Assembly: GCA_028534125.1 (NCBI GenBank)
Contig: CM052817.1
Coordinates: 104,534,001 to 104,598,000 of the forward strand
Source of the DNA: Lama glama
Lineage: Eukaryota
Direction: 5' to 3'
DNA: 64,000 nucleotides
Part shown: positions 1-12,925 of the stretch, one piece after another
Position numbering within the stretch: the stretch's first letter is position 1
How the letters are laid out: each line of letters opens with the position of its first letter
Made by a program: the position numbers and the translations under genes
Notes under the pieces: model-generated
Told to the model about the DNA's origin: nothing
What the model saw: the letters and a program-made list of their open reading frames with translations, nothing else
Database searches by the model: none

Positions 1-2239
1 GTAGGATGCACGAGCAAAACCTAGGGCTGGCGATGGAGTCTCCTCCAGTTTTGTTACTGATTAACACTCTGCTGTAAAACACTGAATATACGGGGACCCG
101 TGCTGAGAAGCAAGATTTATCAAGTCCTTGAAAACACTAGCAGACAGATGTCACACAGCACTTCAGGCTTTAGTGGCATCTGTATGTTTTAAAGGGTATC
201 CCATAGCCTTTAGGATAAGGATCAGGTTCTGCCTGATATGAAAAGGCAAACAGCTGTAAAAATGGAAGGTTTTCGTTTTATTGAATTCACCTTAGTCACG
301 GCTTCCTTTGAAACATGAGTAAGACAGTGTAAGGAGAGAGCCTGCTGTAGCTTATTAACTAGGACTCTGTAACCTGACGGAGTGGATGAACGCTGCAGGT
401 TGAAAGTTTTGCCATGCTAAGTTTGGTAGTGAAGGATGGTGTCGAGTCCGCAATGAAAGATGTTTTAAAATCATGAAGGCGTATTGTAGCATTTTAAATG
501 GACAAGGCATTCAAGACAGAAGCAAAAGTAGCTTGTTTATCGTCACCGCTGAAGGTACCAGCTGTTTCTCATCAGGCCCTACCAGCCTCCGCGAACAGCC
601 TCAACCACAGCTGGTGAACCGGTGAGGCACATTCCCCTGGCTTCTCCCTGGGGCGGGAGGGGGGGGTGTATATTATGTGTAAAACCACTGGTGTGTTTGG
701 AGGGAGGAGTTGTTCAGATGGTAACAGTGTGTGTTTGCTCAACCCTCAAAAAAAGAAAATGAAAAAAAAAAAGATGAGAGGCAGTGAAGGAAAGAAGGGA
801 GAGTCTTCAAAGGGAGGGGTTTGTTTCCTGTTTCTCCATCTGGATTCACAAAAGCAGTGGGGAGAGCACCCCATTGTTGTGCACCCCCACCGAAGCAGAA
901 CCAAGAGGGGCTCAAAAGGACCAGGACTCCAGACCCAGTGGGATGTGGTTTATGTAGCTGGAGTGTGTGCGTGGCACAGAGTTTGGGGTGGGCGGTGGGT
1001 GATGGCGTTGCAGACCCCGCTGTCCTCTCCTGGAAGGGAACGAAAGCACTGTGGCTAGAAAACCAGGTGTGTGGGGGGGTTTAATTTTTGCATCAATATT
1101 AATTCATTTATGTACAATTTATACCAAACTATCTTGTTTACAACTATACTGTGCGTTGTTCCTGAGATGCTGGATTTTAAATGTCTGTCACGCCCCTACT
1201 AGACAAGTTCCTTCAGGAAAGAAACTTTTTTTTCCCTAAGCCCACATCCCCTAGAGTTACAGGTACTGGCTCAAGCCACATAACACAAAGTGCACCACAG
1301 ACACTGCGATCGTGTGTCTACGGCAGAACAGAGGCGTCCTGCCACCTCCCCCCTCCCCACACCCAGCCTGTCACCTGCGGACTCGTGTTTCCTTGCAGTC
1401 CAGAGCAGACCTGGTGGCCACACCGTCTGTCTCCATGTCCAGTCCAGCGTTCCGTGTCTAAGGATCATGAACTTGCCCCGGCGTAGGAGTGCCCTCTCCC
1501 GGTGGCCGCCCCGCCTGGATCAGGCTGTCCTAGTCTGCAGGGCCCCTCTGTTCCCTCTCCCGGCACAGGCGAGGGAAAAGAAGGTGAAGGCACCCCTCCC
1601 TCCCCAACAGAATCACAGGAAGCAACCTCACATGGTCCACGGGCAGGCGGTGCAGAACCTCTCTCTTATTTAGCCAATCCCACTTCTGACACGTGCGTGA
1701 ACAACACTCATTTATCCTACAGTGGACGTGACTGTCTCAGCTGCAGCCAAGTCTCTCCAGAACCCGAGAAACCCACAGCCCCAACTTCCTTCCACACCCT
1801 CCCCCCGACCCTGGTTCTACCAGGGCAAACGTATGTCTTCAGATGCCATTTCTGTGATGGCGAGCTGCCCCCCCACATTCACCTCCGGCTCCTCCTGCAC
1901 CCCAGTCGCGCCTCCACCTACCTCCGGAACCTTCCCACGTAGAGGTCTGTCAGGCACTCAAGCTCAGTGTCCAGTCCATAACCTACCATCACCTCCCACT
2001 CCAGCACCTGCAGGAAAGGACTGCTAAGCCCCGTGACCCAAGCCAACCCAGCTTCCATCCCGCATACCCCAGCCCACCCACGTCCACCGGCGTCAATCAC
2101 CACATGGCATTCGGTCTGCCGCACACACCTCTGGAACCCCTCCCCGCTGCCACCCGCCGCGTGCGCACTGTCACAACTTCTACTGAGAAACGGCAACTGC
2201 TCCTTAATTTTAGGCTTCCTCCAGTTTCGCCCGCCTTCG

Positions 2240-2560
2240 ACCCACAACCAATAACGCTGTCACAGCAAATTTACAAACACACATCTGACCGCCTTCTGTC
2301 CCTATGTACTCATCATTCTTGAAATGACTCTGTAAGGGGGCCCTGCTGACCCCATGACCTGCGGCTGGCTCTGCTGAGCATCACTTCAGCCCCCAAATTC
2401 GCTTCTAGACCCTGCTCGACTTCTCTGGACGTGAACATTTCCTCCCAGCTGCTCGTGTGCACCTCTGCACGCTCCTCACACAAACATGTTACATCACACA
2501 CCTCTCCGACCCCACTCAGCCTTTGCACTTGACCTTGAACATCACTCCCTCCAGGAAACC
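2240..2560 (+). mobile_element. Old L2 LINE fragment (approximate limits)
   Basis: Pyrimidine-rich decayed sequence with L2-like stretches (e.g. ctagaccctgctcgacttctctggacgtgaacatttcc); recognised by eye only. Confidence 0.35.
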
Positions 2561-2596
2561 TAGCTCAGCTCCCTGAACCAGAATGACTTTCTACCT

Positions 2597-2713
2597 CAGT
2601 GGCTCCCAAACCAGCAGCATCTGCATCACCTGGGCACTTGTTGGAAATGCAGACCCTTGGCCTCTCCCCAGCTCAGACCTGTGAATCAGAGGCCCTGAGG
2701 TGGGGCCCAGCAC
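2597..2713 (+). mobile_element. MER5A-like hAT-Charlie DNA transposon remnant
   Basis: cagtggctcccaaaccagcagcatctgcatcacctggg...gttggaaatgcag...gaatcagaggccctgaggtggggcccagca matches the recalled MER5A consensus. Confidence 0.7.
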
Positions 2714-2842
2714 TGGGAGTGGAAGCAGCCAGCAGGCAACCCCCACGCCCTGTCAGAGAGCACGTGCTCATCCTGCACTCTCCCCACCTTTGACCACCCA
2801 GAGAATCACCTGTGCAGTTTCGACACCACTGCAAAGCCTGGG

Positions 2843-2975
2843 TTTTTATTTATTCTCTTAGAGATCTTAATACTTTGATTTATTTTTCAATGGAGGTCCT
2901 GGGGATTGAACCCAGGGCCTCACGCATGCTAAGCATGTGCTGTACCCCTGAGCTATACAGCACCACCCCTGCCCA
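2843..2975 (-). mobile_element. tRNA-derived SINE (camelid vic-1-like)
   Basis: Reverse strand reads GTATAGCTCAGGGGTACAGCACATGCTTAGCATGCGTGAGGCCCTGGGTTCAATCCCCAG (A box and B box) followed by an A-rich tail; homologous to copies at 45931 and 52272. Confidence 0.85.
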
Positions 2976-4859
2976 GCCCCATCCCAAGGTTCAGGGTTAG
3001 TTAGCCCTTACTCAGTTCTGTTGTGCAGTCACGCTGTGCAGCTCTGCCCTACCAGGAGGAGTATCAGGCGCTACTGTAATTGCTCATTTAATTGTCCACC
3101 TCCCTCATGAGCAGACGGAGCTCAGAGCAGGGCCGGCCGTGTCTGCTGGGTTCACCAGCACATCCCTGGCGCCGAGCCAAGTGTCCGGGACCCAGCGTGG
3201 GAGAAGTGGCACGAACTTTTCCACCTTTGCCATTCTTCTAGACTTGTTCTTCAGAGTATTTTTTCCTTTCTCAGTTTTGGGTGGATACAGGATTTCAGAC
3301 CGCAGTCCCCAGTGTACTGTCGCTCAGGTTCCTAGTCACAGTTCCCAGCAGAAGCCTGAATGACAAAGGCCAGCTTTCTGACGTCTCTGTCTACATCTCC
3401 CTCCCCCCCTCTCTCTCATCTTTCCATGTGTCTAGACACACAGTATATAGGGTCAACTTTCTACCATATATTTTTACAAATTATTTTCAGTTTCTCAAAA
3501 GCAAGTGAAGGTGAGGTAACTTTCATGTTTGGTGTTCAGAGCCCCCGAGTTAGGAAGCACGATCTCTGTCAAGAAGTGGTCCCGGGGCTGTTCCTTGCAG
3601 GTGGGACGGCTCCAGGCTTGGGTAACGTCAAATGGGACCGTGGTGACTTTTGTGGAAGTTTTTTCGGTGAAAGTCTCCCTGTGCTTATGTTCGGATTGTC
3701 TTTAACACCTGACTGCCCGCAGCGCACATCTCCGGGAAGCGGGGGCGTCTGTCTGGGTTGTCATTGGCATCCTCCTTTGGCATTGGAACTGCGAGAGCAG
3801 ACCCTGAACTTGCTTTTAAAGTTTTTGGGAAAAAAACTGCATAATTTAAAAGTCAAAATATTTTAAGTGCATCTTGAAAACCTTCAGAAACATTTGAGAA
3901 GGAAATTGCCGTTCTTTAGCCACAGTGGAGATTGAATGTAAAACAGCCACATCTTCTGAGCTGTAGTAACTGCAGGAAAAAGTCCTTGGTATGTTTTTCG
4001 CCGGCTGTCCTTTCAGATTAAATATGCGTCGTGCCCCACATCGCTCTCGTTCTGTTACCTGTGATGACAAAACAAAAGACAAATGCTTGGCTCTTAAAAC
4101 TTTAACACCCTAAATTACCCATGTTGCCAACTCTAACTAGGGGCGGGGGTGCGAGGGGGGCAGTCGCTCCTCCCGCCTCATCTTTACATATTCTGGCAGA
4201 ATGCTCCGGGACACCCTGTGTTGAAATCAAATCATAAAAATACAGACCAAGAAAATGGAACAATTCCTCCTGTCTATTAAAGAGGCTGTAGGCGCTGATG
4301 TTAAGGCTGCCGCAGGGCCATTTAAATGAATTCACCACGAGGACCAGCACAGCAAGTTGATTCTGTTCACGTCTGACTCCCCCGAGGGCCTCAGAGCACA
4401 TCCAGGGCTGGGCAGCCCTGCTGGACGTTGAAGGGGGCTTAGGGAATGTGTTAAAAATCACTTCCCTGCGACCCACAGAACACTTTCCTTTTCAGCGCTG
4501 TTGGATAAGCATTCCTTTTTTAACGTAACTGCATGTGCTGTTATTGTTCACAATCCAAACATGGTAACCACCGACCCCGCTAGAGGTCAGAGGGCGGGGG
4601 TCTGCTTCCGCCTTGGTCGTGGGCCAGGTACCTTGAGTAAATAATTAATCACCCCGCAGCTCGCTTTTCTCATTTTCTCTAAGTTGGACTGAACATCCTT
4701 CAAGGTTTCTTTCTATGATTCATTTTTCAAATACACCGTGAACATGACCTTGCATCAGAGAAACTGAAGCACTGGGTTACACAGATGCTGTGCGTGTGTC
4801 GTCCGTGTTCACGCAGTGACTGTTACCCTTAGAACTAGTTAAGGAAGAGGTTGGAAATA

Positions 4860-5475
4860 TGTGATACGGGGCTATCTCCCTGCGCAAAATCTCTATTTTT
4901 GAAGGAAACAGCCCTTGAGAAGCCACTGACCACAATAAGGGAGACCTGAGTAAGGTCTGATCTGCAACGAAATTGTAGGCAAGTTGAATCCTTTAGGATT
5001 TGGGTATTTCTTAGCCAGGGAAAGGGGGGTTTCTGGGTGAAAATGAGGAAATAGTGACCATAAAGAAGATGACAGAGCTGGTGGACATGGTCCTGTTGGT
5101 GGACTCGAGCCTTGGGTTCCTGAGGGGAAGGCCCTTATCCCCAGCCCGTGTCTCCTGACTCAGACTCAGTGGAGGGTGCCTTGAGGAAGATGGGCGGGGG
5201 GGTTATTTGAAAAAAAAAATTGCAAACTTTACTTTCGTTCATGTTTACCTTTTCGTTCAAGATCCGCAGAGCTACTCTTACCAGAACTTCCTCTTTTCCC
5301 TCTGGCTCCTTAGAAAAATCCTGCCTAGATGCAGACTCCCCAAAGCCTACGATGAACTGAATGGCCCGCCTGCCTGTCTTTGTCTAAAGGGCTTTCACTC
5401 GCTGTCTAAACAGACATCTCTTTACAAACTGTGTCCTGCTTTCTGTGGTTTTGGAAGGACTGCACTTTCGGGCAG
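4860..5475. mobile_element. Probable degraded ERV LTR (family unresolved)
   Basis: LTR-like composition and 3' motif tgtgtcctgctttctgtggttttggaagg; boundaries and TSD not established. Confidence 0.3.
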
Positions 5476-8400
5476 ATAGAACGCAGCACTTGAGATTCAC
5501 CTAACGCTAAATCGTGAAGTCCTCCATAGCACATCACCGGACCAGCCTACAGACCATCGGAAGCCTTTCCTGGAAAACCTCTTCGTGTGCCGACTGTCTT
5601 GGGATGGCCTGGAAGCTGCTGCAGCCCTCAAGTACCACGTCACACAGAGGCGATCAGACCAAGGGGGCCTGGAAGATGTTATTTTAACTGTCTGCTGAGG
5701 CTGCTTGAGAATTTACTGCCCATTCTTGTGAGGCTGGCATGACGATATGGAAAGTGAATGAATCAATTACGTTCATCTATTACGAGGGACAAGAGAAGAT
5801 CCCCATTTCCTTAGAAAATGACTGCTGACCAGAATATCTGCTCTTCCAGTTCCTGTCCAGCAATTTCCAAGCATCATCTGTCTCCTGCCCACGGTTAGGA
5901 GGTAGGTGTGGGCAGAGTTTCTTCCTAAACCTGCAGAAACTCCTGAAGGAAGACCCCCGGCACAAAGGCAGAGGTCGAGAAGAGAAGTCTATAGAGAAGA
6001 GAAGAGATGGTTGCACTGCCTGAAGTTGGATTTTCCAAACTCCTCTTTCGAACTGGCAAGCAGAGACAACTTTGTGCTCTTGGCATTTCCAAGGTCAGGC
6101 TCTAGCTTCAAGTATGCACGAGTGAGAACAGAGAACTCCTTGGCTCATGCAAGGGGCCCGCGGGGAGCCGGCCCCGCGCCCGTCTTCACCGCCTCCCGGG
6201 GCTCATTCTCGCTCCGTCACAGAACTGACTAGCCCTGCACAACGGAGCATGAAGACCACGTGCTCAGTCTAATGAAAGGAAGCAAACGCATCTCACCAAG
6301 GAAAGCGACTTTGCAGAGCCCCCTTAGCCTCATTTTGGCACCTCCTCTCAAGATGTCCTGATGGTGAGCTTCCCAAGATAAAATCTTGAACTGCTCAATG
6401 ATAATTTCTATAAAGAAAACAAACATCCTGTCCACTAGGAAAAAGGCAAAGAGAAAGACCAGGCTGTCTTTGGAAGACGGTCCTCTGGACAGTGGGTTTG
6501 TACCCGAGTGGCCTTCGGCTGTGGGGTGGGGGGTACCCTCCCGTCTAAACTTCGTCCAGGGAAACAGCAGGCGCTTGGACTCCCCAAGAACGCAGCAAGG
6601 AGGACTGACTTGAGCAGAGAAGACGGACTCAGACACCCTGTGAAAGGAGGCGGGGGAGCAGTCTCCTAGAACTGGAGGAGAAAAAGGCAGCTGGCGACTC
6701 CCGGCCTGGATTCTTGGGTATTTCCGTGGTTTCTGGTCACTGTCTCTGGAAGGAGGGGTGGGGCAAGGGTGGGGTCTTCTTCAGGCTGTCCAAGGGAAGT
6801 GCAGTTCCACTGACAAGTCAACAAAGGCTGTCCTGTCTTATGCTGAAAAGACTGAGGCAGCACAATCAAAGTCAGAATTTTAAAAAGCTTTTACTCATCT
6901 TTGAAATACGTACTGAGCCAGCCACTGTGGGAAACAAAGACCAAGCAGACACAGACTCTGCGCCTGTCAGGATCACGGCAGAGCGGAGTAGAAATCACTG
7001 ATGGCACAGCGAACTCGCGCCACAAGTGTAAGAGGTCACGTGAAACTGGGGCGCGTGGAAAAGCTTAAAGTACTTCTGAGTCAAGTTTTATGGGACAGGC
7101 AGACACGCAGGAACAGAAGCAGAATCCCAGGCAAGTACCGTGGGCAAAGGCTCAGGAAGAGAAGATCTCCAGGCACTTACAGAACAGTCGGCAGCCCGAG
7201 GTCGCAGCCCGAGGGGAACGGGAGCCGGAATCCGTGGGGATCAACCTAAAAATGGACGCTAACCACACTTCCTCTCCAGCTTGTCTGTGGTTAAAATCCT
7301 CCTAAACAAGGAGCAGTTACTGCTCAACTGAACAGCCAAGAGCAAAAAGCCTTCTGAATTTGGAGAACTCCAAGATGTCTAATTTGAGTCCTCCCTACAG
7401 AGTCGCCGGTAAAGCTCACGTGGTGGCCTTCTGTGACATGGCTTGTCGGCCTCGGCACCACTGACACCGCGGACCGGTAGCTCCTGGTCGGGGGTGCTGT
7501 CCTACACCCGGAAGGGTGTCCGCAAGCCGCATCACAGGCCTCGATCTCCTGAGCCAGCAGCACCCCACCCAGTCAGGAACTGCCCGGTGTGGCCCCAGGA
7601 ACACAGCCGCCCCCAGCTGAGAACCGCTGGTCCTCAGTGGGCCAGGCCTGCTCTTGCAAGACAGGACGAGGGAGCCAGGGAAGCCCTTTAACACGACGCA
7701 AACAGGGCGGAGTGTTTTGCTTCCAGGAGCATAAAGTAAATATCACTATTACAAAAAGTGGGTAGGATGTTTCTTTCTACTCTATTCACTATTATAAGAA
7801 AAAGTAAGTAAAACCCACAGTAGAATCACTGATTCCCCTAAACGCCAACCCACCCTCCTCTTTTATGTGACAGCCCGTCACGTGAACGAAGGCAGACATA
7901 TCCTCCAGGCCACCCCGACGCTGGCAGGAGGTGGACTCTTCAGCGTCATGTACTTAACTGTGTGATTATGTGCAGCCTCAGTACTGTTGTACTTACATAA
8001 TCTCTCGTGAAATAGTTTTAAAAACTGTTTGTAAAACAAAGTCCATTTCTAGTTATGGTGATGGAAATTAAGATGGAGAATGTCTAAGAGATGGTTCTCA
8101 GTAACAAAACAGATTTATAAAACGGATGGCATCCTAAATCGCGTACTCGTCTGAACTCAGGAATTTTTTCTCTCTGGTGAGATGTGGCAGCTTTTTTTCT
8201 TCTTTTAATTTTAAAGGGAATGACGGCGTGGTGGTGGGCCTGTGGGTCCCACACATGCACCTATTACTTTACCTTCTTAAAAGGATCTTAACATCTGATT
8301 CTTTCACTCGGTATGTTCACTATTCTTCCTTAAAAGATTTAGCTGTAAGGAATCAATGTCGAAGTCGGTCAGTCTCACGTGGTATCTGATGAGCACAGTA

Positions 8401-8661
8401 GGTCCTTGGTGCTAAGAGGCACGAGAGATGTGGTTGGAGCAGCAGGTGAGAGAACTTCTTCCTGTACAGTGTTGACAATACCTCTAGAATATCTGCAAGC
8501 AATTCAGCAGTTCAGGTTCCAATTGTTACTAGTTAAGAATTTATTCCTTATCTGTGAAATTCAGCAGGCAGGCATGGTACTTTGATGGAAATATAGGGGG
8601 AAAAAATCACCAAAACCACTGATAACAACTTGGTGATAACGTTCTCCCTTGTCTTTCAAAG

Positions 8662-8957
8662 GTGTCCTCGAATGGCCATTTTGGACAAAACTGGTTGTGG
8701 TGGCCATTGGCTTCACAGGAGGGCTGGTCTTCATGTACGTACAGTGCAAAGTCTACGTCCAGCTGTGGCGCAGGCTGAAGGCCTACAACCGCGTCATCTT
8801 TGTGCAGAACTGCCCAGACACGGCCAAGAGGCTGGACAAGAACTCGTGCACCGTGAACACGGACGCCAAGGAGGCCGGGGTCGTGCCTGTGTCACAAACG
8901 GGAACCAACTCACTGCCGTCTGCGGAGGGCGGCCCCCCGGAAGTCATACCGGTGTGA
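8662..8957 (+). CDS. MARCHF1: MARCHF1 (membrane-associated RING-CH E3 ligase 1), final coding exon: second TM helix and cytoplasmic tail
   Basis: Acceptor ttctcccttgtctttcaaag|GT at 8660-8661 (phase 1). Translation (G)[60 protein letters not shown]...[12 protein letters not shown] has the MARCHF1-type tail rather than the MARCHF8 tail. Adjacency to TMA16 fits known mammalian synteny. Upstream exons lie outside the window. Confidence 0.96.
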
Positions 8958-11900
8958 CGGGGCCGGCCGGGACCGCGTCCCTGAGAGCTCGGTCTGGCCC
9001 TCGGCTACCGCAGTTGACAGCCGTGATCCTGAGTTCGTCACCCCCCCCTCCTCTCCTCTCTCTGACTCATTTGTCCTCACTTTGCTCAAAAAGGGAAGGA
9101 GAGGAGCCACCAAGTGACCAGGATCCCACGAAGCAGAGTTACCAAGTGTGAACAGGAAACGTGACAGGTCTGCTGGAAAATGACTTCTGAGACAATTCAT
9201 CAAGAACCACTAGCACAAGGGTCGCTTTTAGGAAAGGAGGAGACTAAGTGGACAGACCCGAGTCTTCACAGCAGCAGGGGAGAGTTCACGAGTACAGACT
9301 AGAACTGCAACGTCTGTTTCTTCTAGGGCCCCGTACTGTTAACTATCTCATCTGGGAATAACAAACACATTTGGTTTTCAGCTTGAAACTGCATTATCCC
9401 TGAGGCACATCAGAAGCAAACTTGGAAGACGTGTATTTTGATATTCATACTTTTGACAGCTAACAGGTTTTTATGGCTATAGTGGAGTCCAGTTGTTTTG
9501 ACAGATGCATGTTTTTAAAATAGATGCAATACACACTTGGAAGATGTTAGTACTTGGAATTATGTTTAAGTCATCAACAGTAGATTTTTCAGAGATTTTT
9601 GGGGTTCAGTTAGCTCTGTTAAATACCCACGGAAGCCCTGCATTTCACCTAGTCTCTCTAAACCAGTGTTATCAGACAGAAATATTATGTGACCCACAAA
9701 TGCAGGGCCACATGTGCAAATTTAATATTTTCTAGTAGCCCCACTAGAAGATTCTAAGTAAAAATAGGTGAAATTAATTTTGATACTATATTTTATTTAA
9801 CACTATATATACCCAAGTTATCCTTTAATTATCAATGTAAAAATTATTGAGATATTTTATGTCTTATTTTATGAACCAAGTCTTCAAAATCCAGTATGTA
9901 TTTTGTCCTTACAGCGTATCTCAACTCAAATTAACCACACTGGATGGTGCAGCGCAAAAATCAGAGACAGAGCCTCTGCTTCGTCTAATGGTTGACTACT
10001 TCAACACGGCAGCTTAATTCATCTTAAATTCAAAATATCACAAATGTTATGATTTTACAGAGCATTAAATTAATCAAATTAACTATCCTGGTTGACGAGT
10101 TAGATGAAGTTACTGTTTCTCTGAAGAGCGAAAAAACAAAAGGTACAAAGCAATCGGCAAAGTTCTGAAATTAACTTATTTGCTACTATGAGGCACTTAT
10201 GATACGGAGAATAAAAATTAAATATTTTTAAGTCAAACGTACTGTTTTCTAATCCACATGAGGCATGAAATTGATGGATGAGTAGTCATGACCAAGCATT
10301 CAGACTTCACTTTAAAAATCCGACAGTATTTATTTCCTTTGCTCAGCTGGGAAGCAAAAACATTCAACAGACTCTGTGATAATAAATTGAGTTGTTTAGG
10401 TTTGACAGTTCAGTCGATTATTGTATTCTTTGCATATCCATGTAAAACTGAAGCGTGAGTAATATTGCAGTGAGCTGGATTAACGATTATAAATATAGTG
10501 ACCTGTCAAAGAAAGATGTCTTACATACAACAAGGTGATTGACTTTTGTTAGCTGTCCTATTTGTCATTGTGAAAAGGCGACCACGATGGACACAGAACC
10601 AAAGCCTGGGTATCGCACTGCACAAATCTAGGGATCACGTCGACGCACTTTGTAACTGAGTGTGCTCGTTCTTCACAGGTATCATAGGAAAAAGGGAAAA
10701 GAAATTACCTTCCACTGAGGAGACAGAGGCTACAGCATTAGTAGTGGCCGACACTGAATCCCAGTAGTCCCAGTTCCTAGAAATAAAGCAAAGGTCAACA
10801 GCGTGAACTGTGTGTCTGTTGGGGGGAGGGTGGGGGGAGCACGTGTGTGTGTGTGTGTTCCTGTATATACATGCGAAAGACGTCAAGGTGTTCAGCCAGG
10901 CAGGAAACAAAGTTTAAAACCCATCTTCCTTAAAACTTTTGTAGAAACACGGACTGAAGGCACAGGAGAAACCAGGTTGAGGTAACTAAACTGGACCAAA
11001 ATTTCTGCACATAATGGTGTAATAAAAAGTATTATGAACCTTAAACAAACTACACTTTGTATTAACTTCTTTCATTTCCATTCTCAAGGTTTAAGATAAA
11101 CACACGGATGGATCACGAAGCTTTGGGTGATGGAACCTTGGAACCTCACCCAAGGGACTGACCATGACTCATTTTTTTCTGACAATTTTCCTAACCCATT
11201 TTTCTTGAGGTTCAGCAATGGCGACATGTGTTTACAAACATTCCCCAGGGAACAAAGTCTAGTCACCAGCCAAAAAACACTGACTTCCATTTTGTTTGCT
11301 CTGTAAGGAAAAGGATTATTTATCTGAATTACACCAAAAATACGATTTAAATTCTGTACAAACCTTAGCATAGCTCATTTCACAGCAGGCGATGACCGGC
11401 TAAAATCAGGCCTCATTTATTAAGGGATACACTGAACACTAAGGGGTTCTGGGATGAAAAATAAAAACACGCATTACTGTCTTAATAAAAGATGATACCT
11501 AAATTCTCAAATTTAACTTGAATGGGCTTTGACTTTCTGGAAATGAGGAAATAATACAGCTCCCTAAGAGATTAAAAACTCAGCATTATTCTGCCCTTCC
11601 TCTCACTTTTTTAAATCCTAAACTCCTGAATTTAAATCTGTAAAAGGTTTTCCTGCAATGGCTGCTCATGGTTCAAACAATATGAAATAACTATGTATGT
11701 TTGAAACTTGATGTTGATTATTTTCTTTTATATTCTGTGTGGCAACAGTACAATGAACGGGCTTGGCTCCGAAAGAGCTTTTGTGGACTGGATATGCCTT
11801 TCAAAAAAGAAAAACTTCTCTCCGGAATGACAGTATTTTGAAGCACATTTTCTTGCTCATCTAAGAAATAAATTGGAATTGAAACAAAGGAATGAAATTG

Positions 11901-12925
11901 AAGAATAAACGTACAGCTCTGCTAAAACCTTGGCTTTTTATAATCATGAATCTGTGGTATTATCAATACCACAAAACAGGCAATTATGCTGTTTATCTTT
12001 TTTTAAAGAACTGTCACTTTTATTGTATAAAATCAAAGATTAAACTGAAATTGTAAAGAAAATGAAATCCAGTTACTGTTTTGGTTTTTTTTAAGTGAAG
12101 CCAAAAAGGCAAATAAGTTCAAACATAAACACAATCAAGACAAGAACGATTCCCGGCCCTGGGGTATACAGCGGTGGAGAAACTGAAGGAAGATAGGATG
12201 TATATACCCGTCTTCCTGTTCTCTCTCTCTTTCTATGCATGAAGGAGTCTTCCCAAGTGCCCCGGGATTCAGTCTCATGCTGAGCTGCTGTTAGATGTCA
12301 TTACAGAGAGGTGGCCTCATAGCTACATTTATCTTGTTTCGCATAAGGTCCTTGGGTGGCCCTAAAATGCCTATTTTTTGGCTGGAAAATTAGCTCATTA
12401 GAGCAATGACATCACTAAGATATTATGATTGTCATGGAGGGGATGGGGGGAAGACTGGCCCCTCTGCCGGACAGCTCAGCTCTCCCAGCCGAGCCAATGA
12501 ATATTTTGGAACAAAGCAGAGCTCTTAAAACTTCTAATTACCATTATTGTAGTTGTTACCTGGGGATTGCTTACGACTTACACTTTAATTAAGAAAGATG
12601 AGAAACTTTTCTTTCCTGACGTCAGCCCAAAGGTGCTATTTTACATATCGACAGCTGACAGGGAGCACTGTTATCTTGGGCTGCAGTGTTTCCTCCACGT
12701 CTGAAGAAAAGCCCATTTGAAACTGCATTAAAACAAACAAGGAAAAACGATTCTACCTGTGTGCAATTTCTGGGACTGAGCATTTGTACTCCTTTTGGTC
12801 TTACCTAAGTCTCTTGCATTAACAGTTTACTGTTTTTGTGCATAATGTGTACTAAGACAAAGTAAGGAAAAGAATTACCTGTGAACGACTTTGTACATTA
12901 AACAAGTGACCCAAAGCTTTGTTGT
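8958..12925 (+). other. MARCHF1: MARCHF1 long 3' UTR (end inferred)
   Basis: Repeat-poor AT-rich sequence after the stop; candidate poly(A) signal TGTAC-ATTAAA at 12897-12902 followed by GU-rich gctttgttgtggtttct; alternative AATAAA at 13094-13099. Confidence 0.55.
9664..9954. mobile_element. MER33/MER3-like DNA transposon inside the MARCHF1 3' UTR
   Basis: aatttaatattttctagtagccccact...ggtgaaattaattttgat...aagtcttcaaaatccagtatgtatttt matches the recalled MER33 consensus. Confidence 0.75.

Noticed and set aside
666..2793. Cluster of 60-146 aa ORFs in the MARCHF1 intron
   Set aside because: No recognisable domains, overlapping frames, mostly non-ATG starts; expected by chance in GC-rich intronic DNA
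1..8661. Search for the penultimate MARCHF1 exon (TM1 region, ERRKIFCSVTFH)
   Set aside because: Not found in the window; presumably lies upstream
8662..8957. Calling the exon MARCHF8
   Set aside because: The tail sequence (SAEGGPPEV) and TMA16 adjacency fit MARCHF1
12617..12624. CRE palindrome TGACGTCA (another at 23386-23393)
   Set aside because: Isolated 8-mers in a 3' UTR and in an L2, with no promoter context
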